From NCBI GenBank assembly GCA_050949315.1, contig JBMNFL010000001.1, positions 480,001 to 544,000 on the forward strand: a DNA stretch of 64,000 nucleotides, given 5' to 3'. The first letter of the stretch is position 1, and every line of letters begins with the position of its first letter. This DNA is from Bacilli bacterium. GTDB taxonomy: Bacteria; Bacillota_I; Bacilli_A; RFN20; UBA1709. Positions 1-8,805 of the stretch are shown in pieces. The notes beneath the pieces are model-generated. The model was not told the DNA's origin. It saw only the letters and a list, made by a program, of their open reading frames with translations, and did no database searches. Made by a program: the position numbers and the translations under genes.

Positions 1-57
1 TTATTAAACAAAATCCCTTAAAAGTTAAGATAATATTAGTTGATATTGATTATTTTT

Positions 58-103
58 TAACAACTATTGGTTGTAAATTCTAACAACTATTGGTTGAAAA
101 ACC
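58..103. repeat. Two direct repeats, 23-bp period (TAACAACTATTGGTTG), each containing the dyad CAAC-N5-GTTG
   Basis: taacaactattggttg starts at 58 and 81, just past the rluA stop codon. Confidence 0.75.
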
Positions 104-1018
104 CTATTTGAAGAGCTTTTTAAATTCCAAAGGCAAAGGAACTTCAAAACGCAGCTTTTTTCGATTTAAAGGGTGCGTTAATTCTAAAACACTGGCATGC
201 AGACCTAAACGTTTAAAAGGACTCTGACCAGCACCATATTTCTCATCGCCGACAACTGGATGGCCAAGATGCTGCAGCTGAACACGAATCTGATTCTTGC
301 GACCTGAGGCTAAGCTTAGTTCTAACAAAGAATATGGACCCTTTTCTTTTAAAACACGATAGTGGGTAATCGCCTCGCGACCCTGCTTGCCCTTGCTTAC
401 AAAAACCACATGGGTTGAAGTCTCCGCTAGATAATTTTTTAAGGTCCCTTCTTTGCTTACTAATGTCCCATTGACCACTGCAAAATAAATTCGCTTGCTT
501 ACTAATTCATTCCACTTTTTTTGTAATAAATCGCGCACCTGTAAATTTTTAGCAAACAGCATAATTCCTGAAGTATCACGATCTAAACGATGAAGAATAA
601 AAATTTGATTTTTCGGATTTTCTTTACGAACATAGTTCATTAAAAAGTGATAAGCCGTCTTTTCTTTTTCGCGCTCTGTAGCGATACTAAGCAAGCCACT
701 CGGCTTATTAATAGCGATAAAATCCTCATCTTCATAAAGGATATCAAAAGGCGTTTTTAGTCCACTGTTCCTACCTTTTCGCATACTTTGCTTGCTAATC
801 TGCACCAGTTGCTTAGGAACTAAAAGTTGGTCAAATTGGGTAGTCACAACCCCATCAACTAAGACATGATGATTCTTTAAAAGGTTCTTAACAGTATTGC
901 GCGATTTGTCATTCATTTTCATTAACAAAAACTCTAATAAGGCCTGTTTGTTATTGACCTTAAACTCGGCACTGTAAGTCTTAATTTCGCTTTTTAAAAC
1001 CTTTTCCTTTTGCTTCAT
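104..1018 (-). CDS. RluA/RluD-family pseudouridine synthase
   Basis: S4-like N-terminus, NKPSGL, catalytic HRLDRDTSG, GRKNQIRVQL, GDEKYG. Confidence 0.95.
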   Translation of the reverse strand: MKQKEKVLKSEIKTYSAEFKVNNKQALLEFLLMKMNDKSRNTVKNLLKNHHVLVDGVVTTQFDQLLVPKQLVQISKQSMRKGRNSGLKTPFDILYEDEDFIAINKPSGLLSIATEREKEKTAYHFLMNYVRKENPKNQIFILHRLDRDTSGIMLFAKNLQVRDLLQKKWNELVSKRIYFAVVNGTLVSKEGTLKNYLAETSTHVVFVSKGKQGREAITHYRVLKEKGPYSLLELSLASGRKNQIRVQLQHLGHPVVGDEKYGAGQSPFKRLGLHASVLELTHPLNRKKLRFEVPLPLEFKKLFK

Positions 1019-1107
1019 TTTTTCTTTACCTCGGGCTTTATTGTAGCATATTCTTTCCCTTTCTTAAAATTAAGTGTTATAATTTTTTAGGTAAGGAGTG
1101 AGCAGAA

Positions 1108-1512
1108 ATGCGAATTAGAAAATCAGCGGAAGATTATTTAGAAACAATCCTTATTCTCGAGGCACGATTAGGCAATGTTCATGCTATCGATATCGCTAGT
1201 GAAATGAATTTTTCTAAACCCAGTGTCAGTGTGGCCATGAAAAACCTTAAAGAGGCGGGTTTGATAACGATTGATGAAAATGATCATATTAGCCTAACTG
1301 CTTCTGGGCATAAAATCGCCGACGCGGTCTATGAACGCCATGTCCTTTTAACCGATTTCTTTATCCTATTAGGTGTTGATGAAAAACAAGCCGAGGCCGA
1401 TGCCTGTTTAATTGAACACGACTTAAGTAATAAAAGCTTTCAAGCGATAAAAAAACTCTATAATCAATTGATTAAAAACGAAAAAGTTTTAACAAAACAA
1501 AAGGTTAAGTAA
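1108..1512 (+). CDS. DtxR/MntR-family metal-dependent transcriptional regulator
   Basis: SAEDYLETI, KPSVS HTH, YERH, DACLIEH; RBS aaggag and TGnTATAAT upstream. Confidence 0.92.
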   Translation: MRIRKSAEDYLETILILEARLGNVHAIDIASEMNFSKPSVSVAMKNLKEAGLITIDENDHISLTASGHKIADAVYERHVLLTDFFILLGVDEKQAEADACLIEHDLSNKSFQAIKKLYNQLIKNEKVLTKQKVK

Positions 1513-1514
1513 TT

Positions 1515-2207
1515 ATGGATTTTGTCGGTATCGAAAAACTCTCGCTTGTAGATTATGAAGGCAAACTGACCTGCACCTTATTTATGGCAGGTTGTAATTT
1601 TCGTTGTCCTTTTTGCCATAATGCTAGTTTAGTCTTACAAGACTATTCAATAAACCCTATCCCTTTTGAAGAAATTTTAAGTTATCTAAAAAACGCTAAA
1701 GGTAAACTTGAAGCGGTCTGTATCAGTGGTGGCGAACCAACCTTAATGCGGGATTTAAAAGAAAAGATAAGGCCAATAAAAGACTTAGGCTATCTAATTA
1801 AAATTGATACTAATGGCACTAATCCCGAACTTTTAAAAGAACTATATCAGGAAAAATTACTTGATTATGTGGCTTTAGATGTCAAAAACTGTGAGGAAGC
1901 TTATCCTGAAACCATCGGTCACAACTATCAACCCTTTGCTAATATTCAAAAATCCATCGCTTTTCTTATGAACTCCGGTATTGAGTATGAATTTCGCACT
2001 ACCTTAGTTCAAGAATTTCATAGTAGAAAGAAAATTGACGCTCTAGGAAAGATGATTAAAGGCGCCAAAAAACTCTATCTACAAAAATTCGTTGATACTG
2101 GCTCCACCATTAAAAAAGGTCTTAATCCCATTCCTTTAGAAGAAGCGAAAGAGTACCAAAAGATTTTAGAAAAATACATCCAAAAAGTAGAACTAAGAGG
2201 CTATTAA
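1515..2207 (+). CDS. nrdG: Anaerobic ribonucleoside-triphosphate reductase activating protein (radical SAM)
   Basis: GCNFRCPFCHN, SGGEPT, DTNG, YEFRTT; nrdD 2.6 kb away. Confidence 0.9.
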   Translation: MDFVGIEKLSLVDYEGKLTCTLFMAGCNFRCPFCHNASLVLQDYSINPIPFEEILSYLKNAKGKLEAVCISGGEPTLMRDLKEKIRPIKDLGYLIKIDTNGTNPELLKELYQEKLLDYVALDVKNCEEAYPETIGHNYQPFANIQKSIAFLMNSGIEYEFRTTLVQEFHSRKKIDALGKMIKGAKKLYLQKFVDTGSTIKKGLNPIPLEEAKEYQKILEKYIQKVELRGY

Positions 2208-2244
2208 AAAAGCAAATTAACTATTACTTGGTAATTAAACAAAC

Positions 2245-2274
2245 AAAAAAGTCCCGATTTAATGGGACTATTTT
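2245..2274. terminator. Probable bidirectional intrinsic terminator
   Basis: AGTCCC/GGGACT hairpin flanked by A- and T-runs between convergent genes. Confidence 0.7.
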
Positions 2275-2295
2275 ATTAGATGTTTCTTTCACGTT

Positions 2296-3567
2296 CTACG
2301 GTTTTAAACATGTTACAGGGACCACATAAACTCCATCTTTTCTCCGGTACGCAAAGGGAGCTTTGGCGCACAAAACGAGCATAAAGGCTGGTTCTTTCAT
2401 TTTGTTTGTATCGATCTTTGAAGCCAATTCTTTCAAGTTTTTTGCGCCTTCTTCAATCAAACTATCCCCACCTAATTTTATTTCAATTAAGCCATAAGAT
2501 CCGTCTCTTAAGTGAATTACTGCATCACATTCCAAGTTGTTGTTATCTCTATACTGATAAATACTACCGTCTAGGTAGTCTGCATATATTCTTAAATCAC
2601 GGATACACAAATTTTCAAAAATGAGCCCCATGGTATTTAAGTCGTTTAACAAGTCCTTTGGGCCGAGTTGTAAGGCCGCAGCAGCAATTGAAGGATCAAC
2701 AAAATATCTCACATCTGTTGTTCTAATAGCAACTTTTGACCTTAAATTTGGATTCCAAGCCGGTGAATCCTCAATAACAAAGATTTTAATTAATGCATCT
2801 CTATATGAGTAAAGCGTAGCAGGATCAAATGTGCCAGCATGATTAGCCAATACATCTTGCCTAATAGTCTCCAGGGCGGCTCTGGTTCCGACATTTCTAG
2901 CATAGGATTTTAGAAATCTTTTTGCTTTTTCTTTATCTCTTTTCACAGAATCTACCCTGCTTATGTCATTAGAGACAACGGCATCAAAATAGTCTATGGC
3001 TTGAAAAAGAGCCTGTTTCTCGGCTAACCCTACTGCTTTCGGCCAACCTCCCCTGCAAATTAGAAAGGCTATTTTCTCTAAATCGGCATCGCTTTCAGCA
3101 GATATTTCCTTATTTTCGAATAGGTCCCTGATTGCAACTTTGCCGTTTGAATCCTTAGACTCATACAAACTCATTGGTCTCATATAAAGTCTTGAAATCC
3201 TTCCGGTTCCGGTATGCATAGACTCATCTATTTTTGCAGGAACGGCAGAGCCTGTTAAAATGAATTGGCCAAATTCATCTCTCTGATCAACTTCATATCT
3301 AACCGCATTCCATAAATTTGGAGCTATCTGCCACTCGTCTATTAATCTCGGGGTCTTACCTTCCAGTAGTGTTAGCGGAGAAAGTTCAGCCATAGATTGA
3401 TACTGCTTACTCATTTCAGGTTGATCCATCGATATAAAACTACCTGCAATCTCTTTGGCGCTGGTAGTCTTGCCACACCATTTGGGTCCCTCTAGTAAAA
3501 CAGCACCTTTGGCTTCTAATCTTTCACTTAATAATTTATCTATAATCCTTGGTAAATACGTCTTCAT
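2296..3567 (-). CDS. AAA_14-type ATPase with C-terminal DUF4143 (PD-(D/E)XK-like) domain
   Basis: Walker A GPKWCGKT, Walker B LIDEWQ, LTGS, GGWP, ECDAVI..IEIK; ATG at 3567 after RBS gaggtg. Confidence 0.9.
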   Translation of the reverse strand: MKTYLPRIIDKLLSERLEAKGAVLLEGPKWCGKTTSAKEIAGSFISMDQPEMSKQYQSMAELSPLTLLEGKTPRLIDEWQIAPNLWNAVRYEVDQRDEFGQFILTGSAVPAKIDESMHTGTGRISRLYMRPMSLYESKDSNGKVAIRDLFENKEISAESDADLEKIAFLICRGGWPKAVGLAEKQALFQAIDYFDAVVSNDISRVDSVKRDKEKAKRFLKSYARNVGTRAALETIRQDVLANHAGTFDPATLYSYRDALIKIFVIEDSPAWNPNLRSKVAIRTTDVRYFVDPSIAAAALQLGPKDLLNDLNTMGLIFENLCIRDLRIYADYLDGSIYQYRDNNNLECDAVIHLRDGSYGLIEIKLGGDSLIEEGAKNLKELASKIDTNKMKEPAFMLVLCAKAPFAYRRKDGVYVVPVTCLKP

Positions 3568-3592
3568 AAAGCTCACCTCACTTCTAAGACAA

Positions 3593-3740
3593 AGAAATTA
3601 TAACATGTTTTCAAGTATTCGTGCAACTTTTATTCAAGTATTATTACAACTTTCATTCCAGTGTTTGAGCCTTTTTCATTCCAGTGTTTGAGCATTTTTC
3701 ATTCCAGCGTTTGAGAAAGCACATTCCAATAATTCAGCTT
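3593..3740 (-). repeat. Six-unit, ~23-bp-period direct repeat array overlapping the promoter (TTGCAC-18-TATAAT, extended -10) of the ATPase gene
   Basis: ttc(a/c)a cores at 3610, 3633, 3656, 3679, 3702, 3724; sense-strand unit ctcaaacacTGGAATgaaaaagg. Confidence 0.85.
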
Positions 3741-3923
3741 TAAAAAACGAGGGGAAGGATTGATGTATTACTTAGAATTATCAAAAAATCCAATCAAAAA
3801 AATCTAAAACAACTTTAAGCAACACAACAATTTTCGAATTTCACGCTTTGTAAAAACTTCGAAACCCTATTCGTTACTATGTTTTTCCTTTTTAATATTA
3901 TTATGACATCCCCTTAGGGAATC

Positions 3924-4829
3924 TTATAAGTTATTAAGGTAATTAACTGCCGCCAAAGCGGCACTGGTGCCATCTGCTAACGCCGTTGTTAACTGCCTTG
4001 TTTTTTTATTACGGCAGTCACCGGCGACAAAAAGACCAGCGACTTCAGTTAAACAGGATTCATCGGCTACAACATAGCCATCTTGATTTAAAGTTAATAG
4101 ATTAGTAAAGGGCTCATTAACGGGAACTTGACCAATACAGACAAAAACAGCAGCAACCTTAAATTCCACTAACTCGGAAGTTTTAGTATTACGAAAAACC
4201 GCCTTTTCAAGTTCTTCTTCCCCTACTAATTTATTTAGAAGAATCTCTTTAGTAATGGTGATATTTGGGCTTGCTAAAACCTTTTCAACTAAGACTTCTT
4301 CGGCGAAAAAACGGTCAAACAGTAGACAAAGATGGACCTTTTTACAAATATTTGCTAAGAGTAAAGCCGACTGTAGAGCACTGTTGGCATCACCGATCAA
4401 ACAGACCTCTTGATCCGCATAAAATGGACCATCGCAGACCGCACAATAAGACAGTCCACGCCCTACCCATCTTTCCTCATCTTCAAGACCAATTTTCTTA
4501 TGTTCCGCCCCAGTTGCCACTATCACAGCCTGAGCTTCATAATCATTAAATTTGCACTTAACTTTAAAGATTTCAGCCTTTTCAATTGCTACCACTTCAT
4601 CTAATTCAAACTCAATACCTAATGCTAAAACCTGCTCAAAGAGACGATTGGCTAAGTCAGCACCGCTCAAAGAAGAAAGGGCAGGATAGTTTTCCACCCG
4701 TGGGGAACTTGCTATCTGCCCACCGATAGTCTCCTTTTCTATCAGCAGTACTCTTTTGCCATTTCTTAAGGCATAAATAGCGGCGCCTAGACCAGCTGGG
4801 CCACCGCCAATTATGATAATGTCGTACAT
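3924..4829 (-). CDS. trxB: Thioredoxin reductase-like flavoprotein with atypical NAD(P)H-binding motifs
   Basis: GGGPAG FAD motif, VENYP, redox CAVC, AGDC; GGGNSA replaced by GDANSA and HRRD by LLFD. Confidence 0.85.
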   Translation of the reverse strand: MYDIIIIGGGPAGLGAAIYALRNGKRVLLIEKETIGGQIASSPRVENYPALSSLSGADLANRLFEQVLALGIEFELDEVVAIEKAEIFKVKCKFNDYEAQAVIVATGAEHKKIGLEDEERWVGRGLSYCAVCDGPFYADQEVCLIGDANSALQSALLLANICKKVHLCLLFDRFFAEEVLVEKVLASPNITITKEILLNKLVGEEELEKAVFRNTKTSELVEFKVAAVFVCIGQVPVNEPFTNLLTLNQDGYVVADESCLTEVAGLFVAGDCRNKKTRQLTTALADGTSAALAAVNYLNNL

Positions 4830-4833
4830 TTTA

Positions 4834-7209
4834 TTAATGTTTAACCGTCTCTATATACTGCCTGATAAAACTGGCATTTTCATAACGGTCATACTCTTGT
4901 TTAGCATTAGGAACTAGTAAAGTTGGCGCCTTCATAATCTTATAATTAAGGCTTAATTCTTTGTTTTCTTCAGCATCGATAAGTCTATATTTTATGCCCG
5001 CTTTTTTCAGCATCATCTGGGCCATTTGACAATTGGGACAGGTTTTGGTCGTGAAAAGCAGTAACTGCTCATCATCAGCATGAATGACACTTTCTTCACA
5101 AATCTCTTTATTTACGTGATGGTGTTGACCCAGAATGGAATTTTCGGGGACATAAACCATCCGCTCTTTAAACTCTTCAGTTTTCCCGGCATTCCAGTTT
5201 TGAACAGGACGGTAGTACCCAGTAATCCGACTATAGATCTCCGTCTTCTCACCACAAACCGGACAAACCACTTCTTCCCCTGCTAAGTAGCCATGACGTT
5301 GGCAGACAGAATAAGTCGGCGAGATGGTGTAGTATGGTAATTTATAATTTTCGGCAATGGTTCTAACAAGCTTAGCGGTAGCCTGCCAAGAAGGCAGTTT
5401 TTGACCAAGGAAAGTATGAAAAACCGTTCCCGAGGTATAGAGGGTCTGAAGCTCATCTTGAACGTCTAAGGCCTTAAAAAGGTCGTCAGTAAAATTAACT
5501 GGTAAATGAGAACTGTTGGTATAGTAAGGTACCGTATCATCTTGCGAAGCTGTGATGATATCCGGATAACGCGTCCGATCGTGTTTAGCCAAACGATAGG
5601 CCGTCGATTCCGCCGGCGTGGCTTCAAGATTATAGAGATCGCCATATTGCTCTTGATAATCCGCCAATTTGTTCCGCATGAAATTCAAAACCTCTTTAGT
5701 AAATTCAACCGACTTCTTGTGGGTTAGATCTAAACCAAGCCAATTAGCATTCAAACAGGCCTCATTCATACCTACTAAGCCAATGGTTGAAAAGTGGTTC
5801 TCAAAGGTTCCTAGATATCTTTTGGTATAAGGATAAAGACCGGCTTCTAAGAACTTCGTGATGACCTCGCGTTTAATTTTTAAAGAACGCGCGGCCAAAT
5901 TCATCATCTTTTCTAAGCGAACATAAAAGTCTTCTTTATTGCTGGCAAGATAAGCAATGCGCGGCATATTGATGGTCACCACACCCACCGAGCCTGTACT
6001 CTCACCACTGCCAAAGAAACCGCCGGATTTCTTTCTTAACTCCCGTAAATCCAAACGCAAGCGGCAGCACATCGAACGCACATCACTTGGCTCCATATCA
6101 CTATTAATATAATTACTAAAATAAGGTGTGCCATACTTAGCCGTCATGGTAAACAATAAGCGATTGTTTTCGGTATCCGACCAATCAAAATCTTTGGTTA
6201 TTGAATAGGTTGGAATGGGATATTGGAAACCACGACCATTGGCATCGCCTTCAATCATAATCTCAATAAAGGCCTTGTTGATCATCGCCATTTCCTTAAC
6301 GCAATCCTTATACTTGAAAGGCATTTCCTTGCCCTTAACAATAGCTGGTAATTCGGCTAAATCATCAGGAACAACCCAGTCCAAGGTAATGTTGGTAAAA
6401 GGGGCTTGTGTTCCCCAACGACTTGGAGTATTAACCCCATAGACAAAAGACTGAATGCATTGCTTAGTCTCTTTATAACTTAAATTATCTACCTTGACAA
6501 AGGGTGCCAGATAAGTATCAAAAGAAGAGAAAGCTTGGGCTCCAGCCCATTCATTCTGCATGATGCCTAAAAAGTTAGTCATTTGGTTACAAAGCGTTGA
6601 TAGGTGCGCTGCTGGGGAAGAAGTTATCTTCCCAGGAATGCCGCCTAGTCCTTCGACAATCAATTGTCTGAGCGACCAACCAGCACAGTAACCAGTTAAC
6701 ATTGATAAATCATGAATATGGATATCCGCATTTTTATGGGCGGCTTCTATCTCGTTATCGTAAACTTCAGAAAGCCAGTAGTTAGCGGTAACCGCCCCCG
6801 AGTTAGATAAGATTAAACCACCGACGGAATAGGTAACCGTGGAATTTTCCTTAACCCGCCAATCGTTAATCTTGAGGTAGTTATTAACAGTATCTTTATA
6901 ATCTAAGATTGTCGATTTGACATTTCTTATATTTTCATGTTGCTTCCGATAGAGGATGTAGGCTTTCGCTACATCATCATAAGCCGCTTGAATTAAAACG
7001 ACTTCCACGCTATCTTGGATGTCCTCAACCGCGATGCATTCTTCTTTGATTTTGGGTTCAAAGTTCGCGGTCACTCTTAAGGACAGCAGCTCGATAATGT
7101 CCTCGCTATATTGACGATTGACGGCTTCAAAAGCCTTCTTAATCGCGTTTTCAATTTTGGTGATGTCAAAGGAGACAATGCTCCCATCTCTTTTTAAAAC
7201 TCTAATCAT
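4834..7209 (-). CDS. nrdD: Class III (anaerobic) ribonucleoside-triphosphate reductase with N-terminal ATP cone and fused C-terminal glutaredoxin/NrdH-like domain
   Basis: VLKRDG ATP cone, SMCCRL, EATPAES, CQRH..CPVC, glycyl-radical RITGYY, then TKTCPNC...KAPTL. Confidence 0.95.
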   Translation of the reverse strand: MIRVLKRDGSIVSFDITKIENAIKKAFEAVNRQYSEDIIELLSLRVTANFEPKIKEECIAVEDIQDSVEVVLIQAAYDDVAKAYILYRKQHENIRNVKSTILDYKDTVNNYLKINDWRVKENSTVTYSVGGLILSNSGAVTANYWLSEVYDNEIEAAHKNADIHIHDLSMLTGYCAGWSLRQLIVEGLGGIPGKITSSPAAHLSTLCNQMTNFLGIMQNEWAGAQAFSSFDTYLAPFVKVDNLSYKETKQCIQSFVYGVNTPSRWGTQAPFTNITLDWVVPDDLAELPAIVKGKEMPFKYKDCVKEMAMINKAFIEIMIEGDANGRGFQYPIPTYSITKDFDWSDTENNRLLFTMTAKYGTPYFSNYINSDMEPSDVRSMCCRLRLDLRELRKKSGGFFGSGESTGSVGVVTINMPRIAYLASNKEDFYVRLEKMMNLAARSLKIKREVITKFLEAGLYPYTKRYLGTFENHFSTIGLVGMNEACLNANWLGLDLTHKKSVEFTKEVLNFMRNKLADYQEQYGDLYNLEATPAESTAYRLAKHDRTRYPDIITASQDDTVPYYTNSSHLPVNFTDDLFKALDVQDELQTLYTSGTVFHTFLGQKLPSWQATAKLVRTIAENYKLPYYTISPTYSVCQRHGYLAGEEVVCPVCGEKTEIYSRITGYYRPVQNWNAGKTEEFKERMVYVPENSILGQHHHVNKEICEESVIHADDEQLLLFTTKTCPNCQMAQMMLKKAGIKYRLIDAEENKELSLNYKIMKAPTLLVPNAKQEYDRYENASFIRQYIETVKH

Positions 7210-7529
7210 ATTTTGTCACTCCTCGACTAGGTAATGCCAAGTCTAACAATTGGTTTTTTGCCTGTCAACAACTTTACTTAATTTTTTTAAGAAATTTTTT
7301 TTGTTTTTAAAAAGGGCCCTATTTTAAGTGTAATTTTTAGTAGTTTTTTGGAAGTCCATAAAGAAACCTCCATATTAAAATAGCCGATATTACCGACTGT
7401 TTTTGAATTATTTTTTTATGAAAACCCTTCCAGCCTCTAATACTATGCAAGTCACAGGATTAAAAACATAAAAAGCTGTAATTAAAAACTTTTGGTCTTA
7501 AATATTAGGAAATTCTTAGTAAAAGTAAA

Positions 7530-8297
7530 TCAAGTTCCTTGTTTTTGTTTCCACGCTTTTTGGATGAGATCTAAGACTTTTTCGGCCTCATCAAGGTAAT
7601 CTAAAGAGTAAAAATATTGACCTGAACTCGCGCTTTTATCCTTAAAATCAAAGTAGAGATGCTGGTAACCTTTTTTATCTTTTTTAAGATGAATAAAACG
7701 CAGTTGCTCATACATAATCTCATAGCGCTTAGGACTGCCAACTTTAAAAATATTCTCCCGCACCAAACGCGTTTTGGTAACATAGTATTTTATTTCAAAA
7801 TCCGCATGACTATACTTGCCGATGATTAAATACAAGCCCACGCCTGTTAGGATAAAGGTACCTACTAAAAAGATAATAGTTATCACTTTAAAGCCAAAAA
7901 GAATTAAGCCTATTGCTAAAAGGGCAAGACCTAAAAAGATTAAAAGTCCGGCTAAAAAATTAGTCTGCTTGCGCACTCTTTTAGAAAAGTCCACACAGGG
8001 CTTACCTGACCATAAAATCTCTTCATTAACTTCACTAGCATATTGGCTTTTTGCTATGCTTGGCATAAAGTCGCTAGTTTTACTAGAGTTCTTCTCTTCT
8101 TCTAAACTAGCTAAATAAGAGCTCAAAGGAATATTAAAGAGCTTAAGCAATTTTAAAACCTGCTCATCAGGAATTTTTAAACTACCCTTCTCCCAGGCAC
8201 TAACGGTTTTTCTTTCCTCGCCTAACATGTCCGCTAACTCGCTTTTGCTAAGCCCCATGTTAAGACGCGCTTCTTTAATCTGATCTTTAAAAAGCAT
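7530..8297 (-). CDS. XRE-family HTH protein with two TM helices and a C-terminal soluble (bPH-like) domain
   Basis: IKEARLNMGLSKSELADMLG..VSAWEKG; hydrophobic hairpin; EEILWSGKP and YYVTKTRLV. Confidence 0.75.
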   Translation of the reverse strand: MLFKDQIKEARLNMGLSKSELADMLGEERKTVSAWEKGSLKIPDEQVLKLLKLFNIPLSSYLASLEEEKNSSKTSDFMPSIAKSQYASEVNEEILWSGKPCVDFSKRVRKQTNFLAGLLIFLGLALLAIGLILFGFKVITIIFLVGTFILTGVGLYLIIGKYSHADFEIKYYVTKTRLVRENIFKVGSPKRYEIMYEQLRFIHLKKDKKGYQHLYFDFKDKSASSGQYFYSLDYLDEAEKVLDLIQKAWKQKQGT

Positions 8298-8332
8298 TAC
8301 CTCACCTCAAACTAATAAAAGGAAGTAGCGGT

Positions 8333-8803
8333 CTACTTCCCCTTTTGTTCTTTATCTTCTTTTAACTCTGCGGCTTTCTTTGCCGCTTCTTCTTTCCGCT
8401 GATAATAGTTCTTATAACCTTCCTTTTTGTTATCGCCCTCATCCCATTTGCGCCCTTTTAAAATAAAGACACTAAACATGAAGGCACAGGCTATAACTAG
8501 CATAATTAAAGGTAGGATAATCTTGGCTGGCAAAAGAGCTGTCCAAACAATGGCTAAAACACAAAAGATAAGTAAAACGGCACCGCCAACTATTTTGGCT
8601 TTCTTAACACTCAAACTATTACTCTGATCGGTAGTCGCATCAATGAGAACGGCTACCCCCCAAAAGCCCGTGACAACCGCAACAAAAGTTGCTAACTTAA
8701 ACCAACCAAAAGCCTCGGGTGCTACAGTTGCTAAAATCCAAAGCACCGCGGCAACTAAAAGACCAATAACAGCTACTAATTGAAAAGCAAATCTCCGTTT
8801 CAT
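8333..8803 (-). CDS. Hypothetical 4-TM membrane protein with charged C-terminal tail
   Basis: Four hydrophobic segments; tightly coupled to upstream gene. Confidence 0.75.
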   Translation of the reverse strand: MKRRFAFQLVAVIGLLVAAVLWILATVAPEAFGWFKLATFVAVVTGFWGVAVLIDATTDQSNSLSVKKAKIVGGAVLLIFCVLAIVWTALLPAKIILPLIMLVIACAFMFSVFILKGRKWDEGDNKKEGYKNYYQRKEEAAKKAAELKEDKEQKGK

Positions 8804-8805
8804 AT

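Noticed and set aside
3593-3740. CRISPR array interpretation of the 23-bp repeats (also 11418-11515)
   Set aside because: Units are contiguous with no unique spacers, the period is too short, and no cas genes are in the window.
7210-7500. NrdR boxes upstream of nrdD
   Set aside because: No convincing match to the acaCwAtATaTwGtg consensus by eye.
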